Assembly: GCA_964016885.1 (NCBI GenBank)
Contig: OZ024746.1
Location: 42,470,001 to 42,534,000, forward strand
Direction of reading: 5' to 3'
DNA: 64,000 nucleotides
Source: Eledone cirrhosa
Taxonomy: Eukaryota
The position numbers and the translations under genes were made by a program. Positions 26,758 to 39,052 of this stretch are shown in pieces. Positions within the stretch are counted from its first letter, which is position 1. Every line of letters begins with the position of its first letter. Under the pieces are notes generated by a model that was not told the origin of the DNA, did not search any database, and saw only the letters and a list, made by a program, of their open reading frames with translations.

Positions 26758-27692
26758 TAATTTATCAATCTCTATTTGTTAATCTACTAGGTAATGAATC
26801 AAATAATTTTCTTTGTAAACTATGTTATGGACACACACACACTCCACACTCAGATATAGACACACCCACACAAAGGCAGACACACACACAAACATATATT
26901 CAGTGATGTTCTGTAGTTTCCTCTACCAAATTTCATTCACAGGCACTAGTAGAAGGCACTTAGCTAAGGTTTCACACAAGGAATCTGAACTCATAAAAAA
27001 AGAATTTCCTTGGTGTTTTCAAGAGAAGAAACATTTCCATTGATTTGATTTTATTGAGTCACCTTTCAAAGGAATAGATCTCCAGTTATAAGAAGGGTAA
27101 ATATAGATTTCTAAGTGAGAAGAAATGGCTCATTGACACATTTATGTATTTCTCATACATGTGGCTTTATCTGTATTACAAACTCAGCTTGCCTGGTGGT
27201 TACTGCTTGTTCTTTTCAGTAAATATAAAGTAATGTATTAAACATGGCAATATTTTAAAAAGAAACATTTCTTTCAAGATAACATTTTATGGAGGAGGGG
27301 TATCTGGTAGTTAAGCTGGTTATCTTCATTCACTAAATATGAATCCCTTTAAGAATGAGCAAAGATATGTATAGTAAGGATGACTAACAGGAGATGAAGA
27401 TGATAGGGTAGGGAGGAGTGGATCAGCAGTTGCTGCTATGATATCAATCTCAGCTGGTGACCTGCTCCCATGCCCTACAGACAAGTACTAAACAGAGAGA
27501 TAAATCAAGATGATAACATTTCAGCAGTCTTATCCACAGGGCACAGCTACAAGTGAATACAAACACATATACACAAGAAACTATAAATGTATGCATTCCT
27601 TTAATTGTTTGTATGTGTACATGCTAGTATACTAACATGTGTGTAAAAATGTATGTATGTATATATATATATATAAATATATATATATATAC

Positions 27693-28243
27693 ATAGACGG
27701 TAGTCACGGAATAGGCAGACCTAGAAAAACCTGGGACGAGCTGATAAACTCCGACATCACACACTTACACCTCTCCAAGACAATGTCACTGGACCGAGAC
27801 CTTTGGCGGTACTCAGTAACAGAGAAGACCCGCCTTACCTAAATATATAGTAGAACCTACTCCAGCCAGTAGGCATCTCTAACAAAATAACCCCCACCCC
27901 ACACACACACACACACCCACACCCCATCCACACCACCCCGTTCTATGTAAAGTTATGTTGGTGCCGCGCCATCCAGGCCGAAACAAATGAGATCGTGTAG
28001 GTGTCACGACAAAAAAACACACAGTCCACGCTGTAATGTGGCCGTGTAGGCAACACGGTAAAAACCCCCCAGACCCACACTGTAAATGTGGTTGGTGTTA
28101 GGAAGGGCATCCAACTGTAGAAAACCTGCCAGACAGTCCTATGCGAGCAAGACAATCACTCTTGCCTCAAGTGGGACTACCCCCGTCCAAACCCATGCAA
28201 GCGTGGAACACGGACGTTAAACGTTGATGATGATGATGATGAT
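27693..28243 (+). mobile_element. RTE LINE 3' fragment, same family as 11636-12855
   Basis: DGSHGIGRPRKTWDELI...DRDLWR. The 3' UTR matches 12450-12855 and ends in (GAT)n. Confidence 0.92.
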
Positions 28244-28286
28244 ATATATATATATATATATATAAAAAATATACATACATATAATA

Positions 28287-28895
28287 TGTCAGGTAACCAG
28301 TTGGTGCTGCTGGTAACATGTATCCCAGTACAACCTGTCTCATGGTCGGGTCATTGGCGACTAAACTGGCAACCCCACCAAGGTTTCTTGGTGAGGAGGG
28401 TGACTTTGGACATCCTGCAGGACTAAAAACAAAACTTGTCAAAGGGCAAAGGAGCTCTTAAGAGTCAATGGCCATCCAAAATCACCGGGAGAGATGACCT
28501 CTTAGCCTTTGTCAAGGCAGAATTCTAGGAGAAGGAAAACTCTGATATAACACCTGCAACCCTGATGGTATCCAATGATGTTGACTTGTTCTTCTTTTTG
28601 GTAAATATCATCTTGGTTAAGAGAGTGGGACTGGCTTTGTGCAGTGCCTTTGCTCACTATAAAAGCTTCACGGCACAGGCATTGCTTTATATCTGGAGAT
28701 CTCTCTGCACTTAGCGTCACATGGTACCATGGGCCCAGCACTATGTGTCAATAATTGTCACAAGTGTAGTGTTTGTACCAGAGTTTTCAAGTGCTGGTTG
28801 GACTAAAAAGTCACACTCGTTCAGCGCATCGGTAGAGGTTCTCCTACATGGATATAAAGTAGTGGCCGTACTCGAAAACGAGTTGGCAGCCACCA
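28287..28895 (+). mobile_element. ~610-bp non-autonomous RTE/BovB derivative, copy 1
   Basis: Carries the RTE 5'-UTR-type motif ctaggagaaggaaaactctga. Its 3' end tggccgtactcgaaaacgagttggcagccacca resembles the BovB-like 3' end at 59072-59105. No RT ORF. Flanked by (TA)n. Confidence 0.75.
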
Positions 28896-29073
28896 TATAA
28901 ATATGTATATATATATGTATATATATATGTGTATATGTATATATATATATATATGTATATATCTATATGTATATGTATGTATATGTATATATATATATAT
29001 GTAATCAAGGTTTGGCAGATAAGAGGGGGTTTCAAAGTGGGTTTCAGGGAGTTAACTGTGCTTGCTGTAGTTG

Positions 29074-29158
29074 CCTTTACCAAATCGGTTTCGAGTCTCA
29101 AAAATAAATGGACAGTCCTTGCGGCCTTTGATTGAAAAGATATACTCTCGTCAGAAGG
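29074..29158 (-). ncRNA. Type-I hammerhead ribozyme, intact core
   Basis: Minus strand: cctt CTGACGA gagt [47-nt loop] actc GAAA cc gattt gg TA aagg. All three stems pair and the cleavage triplet is GUA. Confidence 0.82.
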
Positions 29159-29550
29159 TTCTTTTCACTCGGAGAATATAAAATTCCCGAGTTCAAATTA
29201 CGAACTGGCGCTATTCAAAATTGATCCTGAGATGAGAAAGAATGATGTGGAAGCAATTCTGTCCAGTGCCGTGTGTAAAGATAGAAGCAGAGGCTGGTAA
29301 AGGTGACCATAGTGGGTGCAGTGAATTTTTTGAAATTTGTTTTGAAACTTTTTCTTGTTTGCTAGACCTTGATTATATATGTTCTAGCTCGTTAATTTAT
29401 TAACCTGCCATTGAACCACATTGGCATATGGTTGGACTATACATTTGGCCCTATACGCTTTTTCCGTGTAGGGATATATAATTTATTATATATATATGTA
29501 TATGTGTATATATCTATATCTATATGTATATATATATGTATATATATATA

Positions 29551-30160
29551 TGTCAGGTCACCAGTTGGTGCTACTGGTAACATGTATCCTAGTACAACCT
29601 GTCTCATGGTCGGGTCATTGGCGACTAAACTGGCAACCCCACCAAGGTTTCTTGGTGAGGAGGGTGACTTTGGACATCCTGCTGGACTAAGAACAAAACC
29701 TGTCAAAGGGCAAAGGAGCTCTTAAGAGTCAATAGCCATCCAAAATCACCGGGAGAGATGACCCCTTAGCCTTTGTCAAGGCAGAATTCTAGAAGAAGGA
29801 AAACTCTGATATAACACCTGCAACCCTGATGGTATCCAATGATGTTGACTTGTTCTTCTTTTTGGTAAATATCATCTTGGTTAAGAGAGTGGGACTGGCT
29901 TTGTGCAGTGCCTTTGCTCACTATAAAAGCTTCACGGCACAGGCATTGCTTTATATCTGGAGATCTCTCTGCACTTGTCGTCACATGGTACCATGGGCCC
30001 AGCCCTATGTGTCAATAATTGTCACAAGTGTAGTGTTTGTACCAGAGTTTTCAAGTCGCAGGCTGGACTAAAAAGTCACACTCGTTCAGCGCATCGGTAG
30101 GGGTTCTCCTACATGGATATAAAGTAGTGGCCGTACTCGAAAACGAGTTGGCAGCCACCA
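29551..30160 (+). mobile_element. ~610-bp non-autonomous RTE/BovB derivative, copy 2
   Basis: Near-identical to 28287-28895 with scattered substitutions; same ends. Confidence 0.78.
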
Positions 30161-30392
30161 TATATATATATATATATATAAAGAGCTTTTAAAGCTCTTG
30201 ACAAATGCTTCCTTAGAACACATAGCTATTACTTTATATATATATATATATATTTTAGTGAGTTAAACAAGATTCAATGAGTACATCAAAGAATGAGTTT
30301 TACAGTAGATTGAAAGCACTCTACAGAGAGATATTTTCCATTTTCCAGAGTTATTAATATTAAATTCAAATATATTTGAATTTTAATATTTA

Positions 30393-30467
<75 letters not shown>

Positions 30468-30661
30468 ATATATACATACACACACACATATATATATGAA
30501 TACAAATAATAATATTATACATACATACATATACATATATATATATATATATACACTACATATACATACTATATATCACATATTTACTTCGATATTGTAA
30601 ACATCAATTCACTTTTTCTCTCCCACACATATTTATGCTTAGAAAAGAGGGGACACGATGG

Positions 30662-30706
<45 letters not shown>

Positions 30707-31002
30707 CTATGGCTGTGACTGTTTAGACTCAACCAAAGGCATGAAGAGTAAATAGTAGAAAGAGGGCACAGCTGGGAGACAAGATAACAAAATAGATTAT
30801 ACTATTTGCTTGGCTAGGACAATCCGTCTCTGCTGTTACATCTTACATTCTTACTTGACTGTAACTGGATAAGATAAACAGCAAAGTGTAGAAAAACAGT
30901 ACAAAACAATGAGTGGTGATAGCACATGTATGCAAGTGTGTGTTTATACACACACATGCACATATATATTATATATAAATATATATATATATATATATAG
31001 GG

Positions 31003-31190
31003 AAGGCTTAGTGGTTAGGGTATCCAGCTCATGAGTATGTATTCAATTCCCTGTGGTGCATTGAGTCCTTGAGGAAGACACTTTATTTCATGTTACTCCA
31101 ATCCACTCAGCTGGCAAAATACGTTGAACCTGTAATTCAAAAGGCCAGCCTTGTTACATTATGTGTCACACTGAATATCCCTGAGATATA
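31003..31190 (+). mobile_element. Older tRNA-derived SINE (family 2-related head)
   Basis: ggcttagtggttaggg A box; ccttgaggaagacactttatttca; related to 18170-18390. Confidence 0.65.
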
Positions 31191-31192
31191 TA

Positions 31193-31300
31193 TATTCTAG
31201 GTGGTTCAACAAGTTTAAAAGACAATTTGGAAGCCATAACATTGAGGTCTTAAAGGAAACATCCAAATGAGGATGATAGTGCAAAAGTTAGAATACTCAT
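31193..31300 (+). mobile_element. Duplicated pogo/Tigger transposase fragment
   Basis: SRWFNKFKRQFGSHNIEVLKETS; paralogous to 32177-32290. Confidence 0.6.
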
Positions 31301-31384
31301 CCAGTTGCATGTTAATTTCAGAATCAGGTTGTTCCACTGTTTGTATCAACGAGAACACTTGTCATTCTAATAGGGTGCCAGTTA

Positions 31385-31730
31385 TCACCATCACCGTTTA
31401 ACGTCCATTTATCCATGCTAGCATGGGTTAGATAATTGTCCCATTGTGAGAGAAGCCAGGTCTTTGATCATGGTTTGCTCATTCAGAACTGGTTTTAGCT
31501 TGGTTTCTATGGCTGCATACCCTTTCTAGCACCAACCACATTTACAGTACGTGCTGGACACTTTTTGTTGTGATACCTACACGACCACTTCACAGTGTAG
31601 GGTGGGCGATTTTTTACATGTTACCTACATGATCACTTTACAGTGAAGGGTGGGTGCTTTTTGTTGTGTCGCCATCACGACCACATTACAATTTGGGTTG
31701 GGGACTTGGGGGGATTGGGGAAGTAGATCT
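31385..31730 (-). mobile_element. Older RTE 3' UTR
   Basis: catcaccgtttaacgtccatttatccatgctagcatggg tail plus the ~48-bp tandem subunits seen in other RTE 3' UTRs. Confidence 0.7.
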
Positions 31731-32029
31731 AAGGGCATGTGTGAGGAGGCCGAGTGTTTATATATATATATATATTAGTGAACTTTGCAACTGACATCAT
31801 AGGTTTGATTCCAATGTGTGACATCTTGGACAGGTGTCTTTTGCCAAATGTGTGTATGTGGATGTATGTGTGAGTGTGTGTGTGTATACATCGTATACAC
31901 ACACATATGGCAATTATGCGTGTGAGAGTGAGTGTGTGTATACCCACACACACATACGTGTACATATCTATGTATATACAGAAAAATCCTGATTACTACA
32001 TAATAGGATACTGACTGCTATTCTTGGTT

Positions 32030-32300
32030 TTATGCAGCTGGTAGTTGTTATCAAAATGTGAATACAGTATGTAAGAAGTTGATTTTTTCCTGTGGCATAT
32101 AGTACACATACTTTTTACAGCAGTCCAAAGGAAACAAAGAGAGTATAAACATAAAACAAGAAGAAATAAATGAAATATTTTCTAGGCGGTTCAACAGGTT
32201 TAAAAGACAGTTTGGAAGACATAACATTAAGGTCTTAAAGGGAACATCCAAGTGAAGATGATAGTGCAACATTTAGATATTCCATCAAACAGAAAAGTAT
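32030..32300 (+). mobile_element. pogo/Tigger-like transposase relic (CENP-B-type HTH region)
   Basis: EEINEIFSRRFNRFKRQFGRHNIKVLKG resembles the F.ASRGWF.RFK.R.G.HNIK..GE motif of Tigger transposases. Confidence 0.55.
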
Positions 32301-34036
32301 TAATGGAGATGATGGTTATGTTTATGAACAAATACCAACAAAACTTGCTTGGTGTGGAAATAAAAAATTGTAATATGGCCGGAGCAGAAATCACACAATT
32401 TTGTTTGCACCTGCAATTGCCTACAATAGAGGATAACTGCAAGGTCTAAGAATAGTTTGACTTACTTGTGGACGTTAATGATGATGAGATATTTGTTACT
32501 GATGTCAAAACTCCACAGGAATTAATTTAATGTTTCTACAAGACATCTCTAGATGTAAATGGAATTAAAATAGATTAATATAATTTTTATTACAATGTTT
32601 GGGAGATAAGGAATGGTATTGAATCTCTCTCCATATTTGGTATTATCATCATCTACTAACGTTTGATCAAATTCTCTCAATTCCATTCCATTGAGCCTCT
32701 TTGCTGATATTTACCAATCACTCATACCACATACAATAATATCACCCCTCCATCTACAACTTTGTAATGGCTTATCTTTAGCTCTCTCTCTTTCTCTCTC
32801 CAGCCATGACACACTTTATTGCCCAATCTGTTCCCAACAACACACATAAAGCAGCAAGTCCACCCCCTATCATCCTATCACTATATTTCTCCTTTGATAG
32901 TCATATTCCTACTCTCACTTTTTCCACCATGAGAAACTCTTAGCTGTTATCCATTACTCTGATCATCCTACATCTTAATTGCTCTCCAGCACAAGTTCTC
33001 TCCTAAACTGTTGCTCAACCATCCATGTATATTTAACTTTGCACTGTACTGAGTACTCTCTTATTCTACATTGATAAAGATTTCAGTATAATATATATAT
33101 ATCTTTCCCTCTCTTTCTCTCTCCTCTCTCTTGCTCTCTCTTTATATATATATATATGCATGTGAAAAATAAATAGAGAGTGAGAAAGGAACAGGAACAT
33201 TTATTTTTTTAGAAGAATTTGTGTGTTTCAGTCAGCCATTTTGGGGAAATGCTGGTCAGAGAGTATCTTAGATATCAAACTCCTTTTACAAACACAAACA
33301 ATGGACTGACATAGTTTCATCTACCCGATTTCATTCCCATGAAATTAGTCAACCAGAGACTATAATAGAAGATATTGGTCCAAAGTACTGAACTGTATGA
33401 CTGAACTTGAAACCAAAGGGTTGCAAAGAAAGCTCTTTAACCACACAGCCATGCTTGCACCTGTACATATATCATCATCATCACCACCACCATTTTACAT
33501 GTTCTGAGATAAGACAACTCGGATGACTATATTGTGTTCATATGTTCCTGTTTGGCATGGTTTCTATGGCAGGGTGCCCTTTATTATCCAGCAACTTTAC
33601 AGCATGTACTGAGTGTATTAAACTACAACACTGGCACTACCATTTCACAGGCTGAGCTGGTTGCATTTTATCTTGACCTCAGCAGTCCAGTGTGACATTA
33701 ACACTGATGTGATTGTTGTGTCTTCAACCAGGGAATGGGAGAGGTTGGAAATGTGGCAAAAAGATGAGAGTGAGGAGGAAGCTACATGTTGCTGAGAGAC
33801 CAATCACACCTGGTGAGAAGGAGAAGAAAGGAAAGAGAGATTGAAAGCAATTGCCAGGTCCTAAAGGCAGCGTTCAAGATACAGGCCGATTAGCAGCTTG
33901 ATGTAAGGTATGAGAGAGCAAGAAACTGGGAGAGATATACATATATATATATATATAAATGTGTGTGTTGTTTGTTCAGGCCTTGTAACTTAGTTGATTC
34001 AATAGAGATCCATGAATAAATATCTAAACATAAAAT

Positions 34037-34211
34037 AATTGTTTCTACTTTTGGCACAAGGCCAGCAATTACCCAGTGCATTACTATTTTATCGACCCCG
34101 TAAGGATGAAAGGCAAAGTTAACCTCGGCGGGATTTGAACTCAGAATGGCAAGGGCTGTAACTCTATGCATCAAAGCATGGCGTCCGACCCTCTACTGCC
34201 AATCCACCGCC
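34037..34211 (-). mobile_element. SINE family 1, young copy
   Basis: Reverse complement: ggcggtggattggcag...gagttcaaatcc (B box) cgccgaggttaactttgcctttcatccttacggggtcgataaaat...ggccttgtgccaaaagtagaaacaatt. Confidence 0.9.
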
Positions 34212-34476
34212 CTAAACTTAATACCGATACTGCCAATCTACCAATCTAAACTTAAAATAATGATTGCTACATACTTCAATGTAATGCCAAAGCATGACTG
34301 CAGTTAAATTATAAAAACCAGTAAAATAATAATAAAAAAAAATATATATATATATGTGTGTGCAAGTGCATGTATGTAGGTAGGTATGTATGTGTATGTG
34401 TGCAATACAATGATATGTGGTTTGTATAATGAGATTATTATATCTACTATGGATAGATATGTTTTATTTATGTGTA

Positions 34477-34535
<59 letters not shown>

Positions 34536-34689
34536 CTATATATATATGTGTGTGTGCGTGTGTGTGTGTGTGTAATACAGTGATATGCAGTCTGTATAAT
34601 GATCAATATACCTACCGTTGATATTGACAAGCCAAAGAAAAGGTTTGAATTGATTTTTTATCCTTTGTTATTTTATATCTATAATTCTT

Positions 34690-36150
34690 GCTACTAAACA
34701 ATGATCTGGTAACACACCCACCTTGCTTGTCAGTTTATATCACCAAAAAAGACAATTCAATCATCCCTAGCATAGGATGCTTGATACTTCCAGCATGTTC
34801 GTTGCAATTCCAACATTATTATGAGTGTGTCTACTTTGCTAGGTAGACTTTCAATTGTTTTAGCACAGAATCATATATCATCCTGATAAATGATATTATC
34901 AAACTCATTTCCAACAGCAAATTAAACTGCTCTCTGAAACACAGAACTGGGTGTTTTAATTGCATATAGAAAACACCTTAAAAGACCAATTGGTTTGTTT
35001 ATTTTAACTTTTCTTGCATCAGAACATATTTCTATCTCATGATATGCTTCCTTCAAATCCAATTTAGCAAAATAATTCCTGTCAGAATGTGAATGAAATG
35101 TCAATTCAATATTTAGAGTTGGATAAGAATCTGAACACAATAATCCATTTGCTCCTACTTGATAGTCTCCATATACTCTGGAATCTCCATCTCTCACACA
35201 ACCCCTAAAGGAGATACTTATTTACACCCAACAAGAGGAACCTTTGCTAAAAGGCCTTCATGCTTTGCTATAACTAATGATTTAATGTGTATTAGCAATG
35301 ATATTACATCAAAATAAACTCAAGAACTTCAATTTCATGAATTAATGTTGAACTATCATCACATCCATATTGAGCAAGCCCTGATGTTTCTTACATTCAA
35401 CAGCAATGACACTCACAATACATACGCTATTATAGGTTTCCATTAATGCATCGGATTTTCCCATCTATCCAGAAGTTATGAACTATTACAGTTACTTGAT
35501 TGCCAGTGTTAAATTGCATCTTAACATTAACATTATTGGATTTTTCAGTGATCATTATAGTATTTTTTTATACCAGTTTCATAAATAAGCATCATTTTCC
35601 TCAACATTTTAATAGAAATTTACACACTGCATAAAAAAAGTGAGACTTTTTTCTACATTAAAAACAAGTGTTAACAAATGCAGTCTATTTTGATGGCACG
35701 AGTTTTATATCCACAAAAGTGACATGTGAAATTAGATTTATTACATCTATGTACATATGACATAGTGAAATCATCAAGATGACCTTTATGTTTCATACCC
35801 CCACCCCATACATACAGTATTTTGAAGTTTAGAAATCATTTATGGATGAACCAACTAAACTATCATAGTTAATTTCTTCATGTTCCAAAGCTTTGATTAC
35901 AGAAATATTTCACATGACCATTATACTTGTTTTAATTCTTAAAACAAATCTGTAATTTGTTTCTTGTCAATAATGCCCAGAAAAGTATTTGTTCTTGCTA
36001 AAATGGTAAAACACCATAGCCAAGCCTCAGATATATCTGGATCAGTACGTGTATACTGAATGTTATCAACTGTTTAACACCATTGTTATGTCATAGCAAG
36101 TTTATTCAAATGCAGTGCTTCAGCTATATTACTGTAATATTGACGCCACA
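34690..36150 (-). mobile_element. Decayed Ty3/Gypsy LTR retrotransposon (gag zinc knuckle, protease, RT)
   Basis: In order on the minus strand: candidate LTR TGTGGCG...AATAAA...ATAACA (36150-36084), PBS-like TGGTG, CHFCG knuckle (~35720), protease-like MQFNTGNQVTVI (~35510), RT GDYQV..DSYP..YFAKLDLKEAYHEI..SVFQR (ORF 34922..35197), and IIYQDDI (~34880). Confidence 0.85.
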
Positions 36151-37694
36151 GAAAAATGTATCTATATATAAATTTGAGCGACTTCCGTCTGTCCGTCACA
36201 CAATGTGTGTGCGCTTGTGTGAATGTATGTGTGTGTAAAAGGAAGGAAATGGATGGTGAAAAAACTATAGCAAAACAGTGGCTGGTATTCCATTTGCTAC
36301 GCTGTGTGTGAGTATGTTTATATGAGTGTTTGTAAGTGTGTCTGTGTTTGCGTGTTTATACTCATAAATGTATGCATATGCACATACACACAATCATACA
36401 CATATGCGTCAATGCATTGAAAAAAATCCTACTACTTTATATTACATTTCAAACTATCCAAAATGTTGTAATGTGTACCAATCAATATGCAATGTTATGC
36501 AAAATGCTGTGTAGTGCATTATTAATTAATTTGCAAATTAGACAGGCTAGTTTAGTTGTGTCTAAATCTGTATACACTATAAATAGCTATATGCTACTAA
36601 TAGGTATTCTTTGTCTGATGAGAGCTTTAGACAAATAGAAAGTACCCAGATTACTCTCTCTCTTTCTGTCAAAGGAAATATATGAATCTACAAGGTAACT
36701 TTGTTTACTGTTCACAATGAGGTTAAAATTAGATTTTTATCAAAAACATTATATATATATCTCTATATATATATAGAGAGAGAGAGGTATGTAAAATCCA
36801 TGGTGAAAAGCCGTTTCAGCTTGTGTGTTTTCAAGGGTGTAGTAATATTTGTAGGGTGTGAAAAAATAGGTCGCTTGTCTTGGTAGTGCTTTGGTTGAAT
36901 TTATCATAGTCAACCGATCTGATGAAGAAAGTGTAGGACCAGAGAATGGTAAGTATATCTGGACAGACAAGGGATCAGGAGAAGGAAGTAGTAAGAGTGG
37001 TATTATATTAACACTACTACTACTACCAAGATCACAGACCAAACAACCACTCCTGAATAGATTAAGGTATCTTCAGTTATTATTGTTGAAAACAACCCCA
37101 ACTGATTGACCTGATTCCAAGACAATGGCACCACTAAGGAATTCAATAGATTTGTTGTTGGAGTGGTGAAACTAAATATCACCAATAGGAAGGGGTTACT
37201 TCTACTGATGCTGTAAATTCCTTCATTCTACATCATATGCTACTGGTGCCTTTAGAAAGCAACACCAAAATTCAGCCCAAATTTCATCTTTATGTTTTTC
37301 TGTTCAAATTCTAACTATCTGATAATGGTTATCACTGAAATATATATAACAGTGACTTTGAATAAACAAAGTTATTCTTAATCTGTTGACTTACATGTTT
37401 ATATATATATATATATATATATATTAGATATCATGTGCTTGTTTCTTCCTATCTTTCCGTTGCTATACCATTTTTGTTTGTTTACTTGTCTCGCTCGCTT
37501 TACGCGATATTACTTGTCCCAATAGCTTTATTTAGCTATTGCTCGCACCAACTGGAGGTATATCATTTTCAAAGCGATCAAATACCGATGGTAGTTGGAA
37601 AATCACTGATGAAGGACTCATTTTTTTCATATGTAACCCATGTGCAACCACGCAGCACTCAATTCTTCTCATATTTATTATATATATATATATT

Positions 37695-37920
37695 CACAAG
37701 AAATAGATCACCAAGGTTCAGCAATTAATACATTATTTATTTGATCTACATATGTTTCATTCTCCAAAGATTAGTCATATACCTTTTATATGTTGTATAT
37801 AATTGATCCTGATGATTTCTCTACAAAGGCATCGAAAAGAATATTCTTTGGAGAATGAAACATATGTAGATCAAATAAATACTGTATTAATTATTGAACC
37901 TTGGCAATCTAATTCTTGTG
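37695..37920 (+). mobile_element. Penelope-type non-coding cassette with inverted partial duplication
   Basis: 37695-37770 is the reverse complement of 37845-37920. The cassette contains a hammerhead and is flanked by (TA)n. Confidence 0.7.
37803..37874 (+). ncRNA. Type-I minimal hammerhead ribozyme
   Basis: ttgatc CTGATGA t-ttctct...ggagaa-t GAAA catatg TA gatcaa. Stem I is 6 bp, stem III is the palindrome CATATG, and the GUA site ends at 37868. Confidence 0.82.
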
Positions 37921-37935
37921 TTTATATATGCTCTG

Positions 37936-38126
37936 TGATTATAAATCTAAGATGACCAGAAGTATACTAACTGGATTTACCTCTTCACTACCTTTCGCAA
38001 ATACAACAGTAAAGCAATCAGATATTTAAAGTTCAGATGTGGTTTTTTCAATATCCAAATTAGCAAAAAATAGTACAGAGGTAAATCCAGTTTGTTGACT
38101 TCCTGTCATCTTAGATTTATAATCAA
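37936..38126. repeat. Fold-back element with ~50-bp imperfect inverted arms
   Basis: tgattataaatctaagatgaccagaagtatactaactggatttacctct versus agaggtaaatccagtttgttgacttcctgtcatcttagatttataatca. Confidence 0.8.
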
Positions 38127-38173
38127 AGCATATATATATTTAAATATATATATATACATATAAATATATATAT

Positions 38174-38436
38174 ATCATCATCATCATCATCATCAACGTT
38201 TAACGTCCGTGTTCCACGCTTGCATGGGTTTGGACGGGGTTTTCCCACTTGAGGCAAGAGTGATTGTCTTGCTCGCATAGGACTGTCTGGCAGGTTTTCT
38301 ACAGCTGGATGCCCTTCCTAACACCAACCACATTTACAGTGTGGGTCTGGGAGGTTTTTACCATGTTGCCTACACGGCCACATTACAGCGTGGACTGTGT
38401 GTTTTTTTGTCGTGACACCTACACGATCTCATTCGT
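38174..38436 (-). mobile_element. RTE LINE 3' UTR fragment
   Basis: Reverse complement of ~27985-28243. Confidence 0.9.
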
Positions 38437-38463
38437 ATATATTTAAATATATAATATATATTT

Positions 38464-38501
<38 letters not shown>

Positions 38502-38747
38502 AATATATAATATATATTTTATATATATATATATATTTAAATATATAATATATATGAAAACACATACGCACATAGAACAAACAACCAATCAGTAACATGT
38601 AAATAAACAAATAAATAAACGAATATAAACACACACATACACCCAGATGTAACACATGCGCAAACTAAGCTCACAACACACACACAAAAACAAGATGGCG
38701 TAGGACAGAACAAAGGAGAGGCACAAAAACAAAGAAAAGAATCCCCA

Positions 38748-38790
38748 GTCACTGAAGAAGTCACAGAATGTGTGACAAAAGAATTTTGAC
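38748..38790 (+). ncRNA. Decayed or variant hammerhead in a Penelope-related 3' region
   Basis: gtca CTGAAGA a gtcaca gaatg tgtgac AAAA gaatt t tgac, with GAAA replaced by AAAA. The flank (aagatggcgtag) resembles 57400-57490. Confidence 0.5.
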
Positions 38791-39009
38791 AATATATAAA
38801 CAATCATCTGGTTGTGGAACCAACCAACCAACCAGAAATTTATAAATTCCTAAATTTATAAATTTATTATAATAAATTGAAGTGAAAGCATCTGGTGCGT
38901 GTGTTTCTTACTGGCAACATGACCCTCCCAAAGTATAACAATATATTTTATATATATATATATATATATATTTAAATATATATATGTGTGTGTGCATATA
39001 TATATAATA

Positions 39010-39052
<43 letters not shown>

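Noticed and set aside
28287-28375. HDV-like or twister ribozyme at the 5' end of the 610-bp element
   Set aside because: ctaa-actgg could pair with ccagt and gtcg/cgac could form P4, but consistent P1 and P3 helices could not be assembled.
28287-30160. LTR retrotransposon or TRIM formed by the twin 610-bp repeats
   Set aside because: No PBS, PPT or clear TSD; the repeats carry LINE-type 5' and 3' motifs and occur separately at 61.7-62.8 kb.
36610-36650. CTGATGA...GAAA hammerhead candidate
   Set aside because: No stem II pairing and no UH plus stem I closure.
37600-37640. CTGATGA followed by CATATGTA
   Set aside because: GAAA and stems I and II are missing; at most a destroyed remnant.
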